Source: Escherichia phage vB_EcoM_AYO145A. Taken from it: a stretch of 64,000 nucleotides of DNA. A program made the position numbers and the translations under genes. Shown here in pieces: positions 59,840-64,000 of the stretch. Within the stretch, counting starts at the first letter, position 1. Every line of letters begins with the position of its first letter. The notes beneath the pieces are model-generated. The model was not told where the DNA came from, searched no databases, and was given only the letters and a program-made list of their open reading frames with translations. The stretch lies in sequence record KR014248; one strand, given 5' to 3'.

Positions 59840-60355
59840 ATGTATCTGTCAAATCTGAAACGTTCTGCTGCAATGTCTGTCCTAAGACTGAGCTTTGAGG
59901 AACGTCAAGAGTTCATTGACTCCCACCAATATGACCCTTCTAACTCTAATCACATGATTCTCTGGAATCGTGATAGTACTCGTGAAAGAGCACTATTCCG
60001 CTATTACCCACATTACACCATAGATAACCTGTATGAATGTTTTGTTGTGAAGAACACCATTACAGTACTCAATAAACTTTGCAGATATACAGGTAGTCAA
60101 TCCTTCACATTAGGCCACCACAAACCTGTTACAAAGGGTGGTGAGCACCACTGTGCAAACTGGTTTATCCAGACTAAACTTGATAACCAGAAGCAAGGGG
60201 ATAATCTTTTAAGCACCCCTAAGATGACCTATGAAGAGCAAGAGAAATATATCAAAAATAATATGCCAGATGTGCTTGACAACAACTATACAGATTTGGC
60301 AATATCTCTCCTGTTGAAGTTCGAGACAGTTTATAGGGCAACTTACAATGGCTAA
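59840..60355 (+). CDS. HNH endonuclease-like protein (possible homing endonuclease)
   Basis: GHHKPVTKGGEHHCANWFIQTKLDNQKQ fits the HNH pattern (HH..P..GG....N.....N..K). The gene is free-standing with its own flanking terminator. Confidence 0.5.
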   Translation: MYLSNLKRSAAMSVLRLSFEERQEFIDSHQYDPSNSNHMILWNRDSTRERALFRYYPHYTIDNLYECFVVKNTITVLNKLCRYTGSQSFTLGHHKPVTKGGEHHCANWFIQTKLDNQKQGDNLLSTPKMTYEEQEKYIKNNMPDVLDNNYTDLAISLLLKFETVYRATYNG

Positions 60356-60626
60356 AGAGAAGTGGGAGATTCTACCATTAGTGAGTGAAGGTGGTAACGG
60401 CTGTGAGATGTACATGATACGTGGTCATGTCCCAGAACCAATTGCACTTGAGATGGTAAACAATTTTACAGATGGCTCTTACAAAGATTTAGGAGAGCCA
60501 ACTATAAAGCATCAATGGGTCAAACCTGTACCAGACAGCACAGGTAACTGTAGTGTACTTTATCACGTTGTAGACCCTGCAAAATGCAAATCTGCAATGG
60601 CAGTAACAAACATAACCTTTGATTGA
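60348..60626 (+). CDS. hypothetical protein
   Basis: 92-aa ORF with overlapping start. Confidence 0.5.
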   Translation: MAKEKWEILPLVSEGGNGCEMYMIRGHVPEPIALEMVNNFTDGSYKDLGEPTIKHQWVKPVPDSTGNCSVLYHVVDPAKCKSAMAVTNITFD

Positions 60627-60639
60627 GAGAGAGAAAACT

Positions 60640-61521
60640 ATGAAAACTGTTATTGAAGTCGTTGTCACCGCACAAGAGAAATTCTTCCACACAGAAAAAT
60701 TTAATATCATCCAATTCCCATCTGGAGAAATTGGTGGAAACTTCTCTGAAGATTTTGTTAAGTTTACTGAGCGTAATGCTGGTAAGATTGACAATGTTAT
60801 ACTTACTGTGCAGGGATATGATAAAGATACACTGTTTGCATTAGCTTTGGCTAAGGATGCCGTTGACAGCCTTGTTCCATATAAATCAGCGATGAAAACC
60901 GTTGTTTTCGGGTTCTTACCGAATGCTCGATATGACCGCCATATGTTCAAAGGCGATTCAGCAGCACTAAAAGCTTTTGCCAACCTCGTTAATGCAATGG
61001 GCTTTGATGCAGTATGTGCTCTTGACCCTCACAGTAATGTTGCAGAAAACTTATTTAAGTGCTTCCAAAGCATGAAGCAAAAAGATGTGGCAGTACACTT
61101 TGCAAGTGACCCACGCATTGATTTCTTGGTAGCCCCAGATGCAGGTGCAGCTAAGAAGACTGAAGAGACTGCTAAAGAGGTGGATAAACCATACATCACA
61201 ATGTCTAAAGTACGTAACCTTAAGACTGGTGAAATTACTGGTATGCGAATCCTTGATGATGTTGATTTGACCGATAAAACTGTCATGATTCTCGATGATA
61301 TCTGTGATGGTGGTCGAACCTTCATAGAAGCAGCTAAACATCTTCGTGAAGCAGGTGCAAAACGTGTGGAACTCTATGTAACTCATGGCATTTTCTCTAA
61401 AGGTGTTGAAAACTTACTTGACAATGGTATTGACCATATCTACACTACAAACTCTTTAGGGGAAGCTAAAGACCGTGGCTTAACACATTATGCCCAAGTT
61501 ACTGTAATTACCATTGATTGA
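60640..61521 (+). CDS. ribose-phosphate pyrophosphokinase family protein (PRPP synthetase-like; candidate ADPR pyrophosphokinase of an NAD reconstitution pathway)
   Basis: PRPP-binding loop VMILDDICDGGRT. Start at the ATG after GAGAGAGAGAAAA. Paired with the NAMPT-like gene. Confidence 0.8.
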   Translation: MKTVIEVVVTAQEKFFHTEKFNIIQFPSGEIGGNFSEDFVKFTERNAGKIDNVILTVQGYDKDTLFALALAKDAVDSLVPYKSAMKTVVFGFLPNARYDRHMFKGDSAALKAFANLVNAMGFDAVCALDPHSNVAENLFKCFQSMKQKDVAVHFASDPRIDFLVAPDAGAAKKTEETAKEVDKPYITMSKVRNLKTGEITGMRILDDVDLTDKTVMILDDICDGGRTFIEAAKHLREAGAKRVELYVTHGIFSKGVENLLDNGIDHIYTTNSLGEAKDRGLTHYAQVTVITID

Positions 61522-61531
61522 AACTTTATAG

Positions 61532-61552
61532 GGGGCTTCAAAGCCCCATTTT
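61532..61552 (+). terminator. intercistronic hairpin / weak terminator between the PRPP-synthetase-like and NAMPT-like genes
   Basis: GGGGCT-TCAA-AGCCCC followed by ATTTT. Confidence 0.5.
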
Positions 61553-61568
61553 GAGAGAGATTAAAAAG

Positions 61569-63350
61569 ATGACTAAATCACTTTATGCAGTACCAGCAGG
61601 TTTAAACGCGGATGCTTACAAATCTGGCCATATTTATCAGTATCCTAGTGCAACAGAGTACCTAATGTTCAACCTGACACCACGTAGTGATAAATGGTTT
61701 AACAGCCCTTTAGCAATTGACGGTGTAGTTGCTTTTGGTATTCAACGTTTTGTTAAAGATTACCTGATAGACCACTGGAACGCCACCTTCTTCGAACGTG
61801 ACAAAAAAGAAGCAATTGATGAAATCTTAGAAGTCATGAACGGCGTTCTGGGTAAAGATGCTATTGGTCGAGAACATTGGGAAGCACTCCACGACTTAGG
61901 TTATCTACCAGTTGAAGTCTACGCTGTAGAAGAAGGTACAGTTGTCCCTATGCGTGTGCCAATGATTGTCTTCCAGAACACTGTTTCAGGTTTCCATTGG
62001 GTAGCGGGGTATCTGGAAGATGCTTTCTCTGCTGAGATTTGGAAGGCTTGTACCATTGCAACTATTGCATTGCACTACAAACGTATCTGTAAGAAGTGGG
62101 CTGACCTTACTTGTGACAACGACTTGCATTTACCTTATCAGTGCCATGACTTTGCTATGCGTGGTATGTCTGGCTTTACTGATGACGCATTTAACGCTGT
62201 AGGTCACTTAACCAGCTTTAAAGGAACTGACAGCTTCCCTGCTGTGTATACAGCTAAACGCATCTATGGACAGTCCTACCCAATCTCTGATATTGGTAGT
62301 TCTGTGCCAGCCACTGAACACTCTGTAATGTGTGCAAACATTGCTTGGGAAGGTGGTAATGAGTTAATTGAAGATGAAAGACGTTTTAAAGGTGAGTTAC
62401 AAACCTTCCGTCGCTTCTTAACAGAAACTTACCCAACTGGTATTGCAAGTGTTGTTTCAGATACTTATAATTTCTGGAGAACTGTATCAGTCATATTGCC
62501 AGAACTCCGTAAAGAGATTATGGAACGAAATGGCAAACTGGTAATTCGTCCTGATTCTGGAGACCCTGTACATATTGTCACAGGATACAAAGCAATCCAT
62601 CTAGAGTGTGCTAAAAAGGCTTATTACGAACACTTAAGCAAGCTGGAAGCCAGCGACACAATGTTGAATGCTGTTCTGAACATGAAGCTTGAAAACATCA
62701 ATTATGGTATTGCTGGATGGCTACTGTCAGAAGGCTACGAAATGGTTGTTGACAGAGAAGACTTTGAAGTTGCTGATACAGTGCTGTTGAAAAACGCTTA
62801 TATGGTTGGTTCTGCAAACGTTGTAACACGTCCTGTAGCGGAGATTGATGGAGCTATCAAGACACTGTATAACATCTTTGGGGGAACTATCAACTCTAAA
62901 GGCTTTAAAGTACTGGATGAGCATATTGGGCTTATTTATGGCGACTCTATCACGTTGGAACGTGCAAACGAAATACTGAAGCGTTTGTATGAAATGGGTT
63001 TTGCAAGCTCTAACGTAGTGTTTGGTGTAGGTTCTTACACTTACCAGTACATGACTCGTGACACCTTTGCATTTGCTGTCAAAGCAACTCTTGCAAGCAT
63101 TGGTGGTAAAGAGATTATGCTTGCAAAAGACCCTAAAACAGATAGTGGTGTTAAGAAGTCTGCTTTTGGTGGTGTAGCACCCATGTGGGATGGTGAGAAT
63201 CTGAAAGCTGTAGATGGCTATGGGTTCCAGAGCTTTGCAGATGCACTTGAACATCCAGCTTGTGCTTTACGTTTAGTCTTTAGCGACTCTGAGCAGTTCG
63301 GCTACACAACTCTTGGTGATATTCGAAATAATATTGACAAGCAGCTTTAA
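61569..63350 (+). CDS. nicotinamide phosphoribosyltransferase family protein (NadV/NAMPT-like)
   Basis: About 593 aa. Blocks such as DFAMRGMSG, PATEHSVM, VVSDTYNF, IRPDSGDP and IYGDSIT are typical of NAMPT. Confidence 0.85.
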   Translation: MTKSLYAVPAGLNADAYKSGHIYQYPSATEYLMFNLTPRSDKWFNSPLAIDGVVAFGIQRFVKDYLIDHWNATFFERDKKEAIDEILEVMNGVLGKDAIGREHWEALHDLGYLPVEVYAVEEGTVVPMRVPMIVFQNTVSGFHWVAGYLEDAFSAEIWKACTIATIALHYKRICKKWADLTCDNDLHLPYQCHDFAMRGMSGFTDDAFNAVGHLTSFKGTDSFPAVYTAKRIYGQSYPISDIGSSVPATEHSVMCANIAWEGGNELIEDERRFKGELQTFRRFLTETYPTGIASVVSDTYNFWRTVSVILPELRKEIMERNGKLVIRPDSGDPVHIVTGYKAIHLECAKKAYYEHLSKLEASDTMLNAVLNMKLENINYGIAGWLLSEGYEMVVDREDFEVADTVLLKNAYMVGSANVVTRPVAEIDGAIKTLYNIFGGTINSKGFKVLDEHIGLIYGDSITLERANEILKRLYEMGFASSNVVFGVGSYTYQYMTRDTFAFAVKATLASIGGKEIMLAKDPKTDSGVKKSAFGGVAPMWDGENLKAVDGYGFQSFADALEHPACALRLVFSDSEQFGYTTLGDIRNNIDKQL

Positions 63351-63365
63351 AAGTATATGATAAGA

Positions 63366-63386
63366 GGCTCCTACGGGAGCCTTTTT
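63366..63386 (+). terminator. rho-independent terminator after the NAMPT-like gene
   Basis: GGCTCC-TACG-GGAGCC followed by TTTTT. Confidence 0.8.
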
Positions 63387-63403
63387 AATTTCTGGAGAAT
63401 GCT

Positions 63404-63739
63404 ATGAAAATCAAAGAAATGAACATCAATATTGTCTTAGAAGAACGTTGGGAGAACATCAAGAAGCTTGAAGATGGTCATAAGTTCCTCAACAAAATTT
63501 TAGTAGCAGCTAAAGAAGAACTGACTGGCAAGGTTGCAGCAGCAATCACAATAAAGGTTTGTGTAAAAGGTCTTCCACAACATCACCAGTTTGCACTTGA
63601 CGAGTTTAAAGAAAGCTTCTACAATCCAAACAAACAGATGCTTGAAAGTAACTTTGCAGTATCTACAAGTATCGTTCATGACAGAAGCTTTATCCTTTAC
63701 AAAAATATGAGAGGTGAGTCATGCAAGCATATTGGATAG
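63404..63739 (+). CDS. hypothetical protein
   Basis: 111-aa ORF with GGAGAA RBS. Confidence 0.55.
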   Translation: MKIKEMNINIVLEERWENIKKLEDGHKFLNKILVAAKEELTGKVAAAITIKVCVKGLPQHHQFALDEFKESFYNPNKQMLESNFAVSTSIVHDRSFILYKNMRGESCKHIG

Positions 63740-63897
63740 AAATTTTACTGTCACTTGGTAGTGTAGCAGTATTTGTTTACCTTCTTTGCAAGTACTATGC
63801 AGAACACAAAAAATGTGACTTCTGTAATGGAGAGGGTTATACAAGAGCAGGTTGCTGCCCTATGTGTGGTGGTTCTGGTAAAATGTTTAATAAGTAA
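63721..63897 (+). CDS. membrane-anchored small zinc-finger protein (not in the ORF track, 58 aa)
   Basis: ATG after GAGGTGAG. N-terminal TM helix, then two CxxCxGxG motifs (CDFCNGEG, CPMCGGSG). Confidence 0.5.
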   Translation: MQAYWIEILLSLGSVAVFVYLLCKYYAEHKKCDFCNGEGYTRAGCCPMCGGSGKMFNK

Positions 63898-63925
63898 TTT
63901 AACAGTAAACTAAGAGGAAAGTATT

Positions 63926-64000
63926 ATGCGCATGGTAAACGACCACGCAGAAGTGATTAAGAGTTCAACTTCTTTAGAGACGTCTCAAGCACAGATTACA
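63926..64000 (+). CDS. hypothetical protein (N-terminal part; runs off the window end)
   Basis: ATG after TAAGAGGAAA; the frame is open to the window end. Confidence 0.4.
   Translation, partial: MRMVNDHAEVIKSSTSLETSQAQIT

Overview
The window is a contiguous piece of a virulent tailed-phage (myovirus) genome. It is AT-rich by eye, densely coded, and uses enterobacterial-type Shine-Dalgarno sites and sigma70-like promoters. From memory only (no search was run), the gene content and order resemble Felix O1-like (Ounavirinae-type) phages.

Layout:
- 1-750: small minus-strand genes.
- 780-975: an early promoter/leader region.
- 976-2844: two plus-strand genes. The second is a 471-aa protein with a vWA domain that parallels Ro60.
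- 3010-7955: a large tRNA array. I folded 27 tRNA or tRNA-like genes by eye. If one atypical gene is read as Trp, they cover all 20 amino acids. Two protein genes and several non-tRNA structured RNAs sit inside the array.
- 8178-31253: structural module. Order is terminase, portal, S49 protease/scaffold, decoration protein, lambda-E-like capsid, connectors, sheath, tube, chaperones with a canonical -1 slippery site, tape measure, Mu/P2-type baseplate, and two HxH-repeat tail fibres.
- 31332-31898: small membrane proteins.
- 31935-42368, minus strand: thyA, DHFR, small ORFs, an XRE regulator, a two-gene cassette bracketed by unusual repeats, DNA ligase and family-A DNA polymerase.
- 42626-64000, plus strand: replication and nucleotide-metabolism block. 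It holds a dNMP-kinase-like protein, primase-helicase, SSB-like protein, flap endonuclease, MazG-like protein, nrdA/nrdB/glutaredoxin, nrdD/nrdG, and two putative homing-endonuclease genes. It also holds a PRPP-synthetase-like plus NAMPT-like pair, the NAD-reconstitution type.

Two things deserve most attention:
1. The Ro60-like TROVE/DUF2828+vWA protein lies just upstream of four paralogous small-RNA genes interleaved with tRNAs. All four share an invariant CAGAAGACC ... GGTCTGG clamp around a covarying helix. One carries a circularly permuted tRNA-like module (T-arm, closed acceptor stem, D-arm), which is the YrlA/Y-RNA architecture. This looks like a phage-encoded Ro/Y-RNA-type RNP.
2. Two roughly 260-290 bp direct-repeat units flank a two-gene cassette at 35.5-37.2 kb. 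Each contains long tracts of strictly 5-nt-phased CC (GG on the transcribed strand), a 49-nt identical core and covarying hairpins.

All calls come from manual reading. No database or folding program was run, and tRNA boundaries may be off by 1-2 nt.
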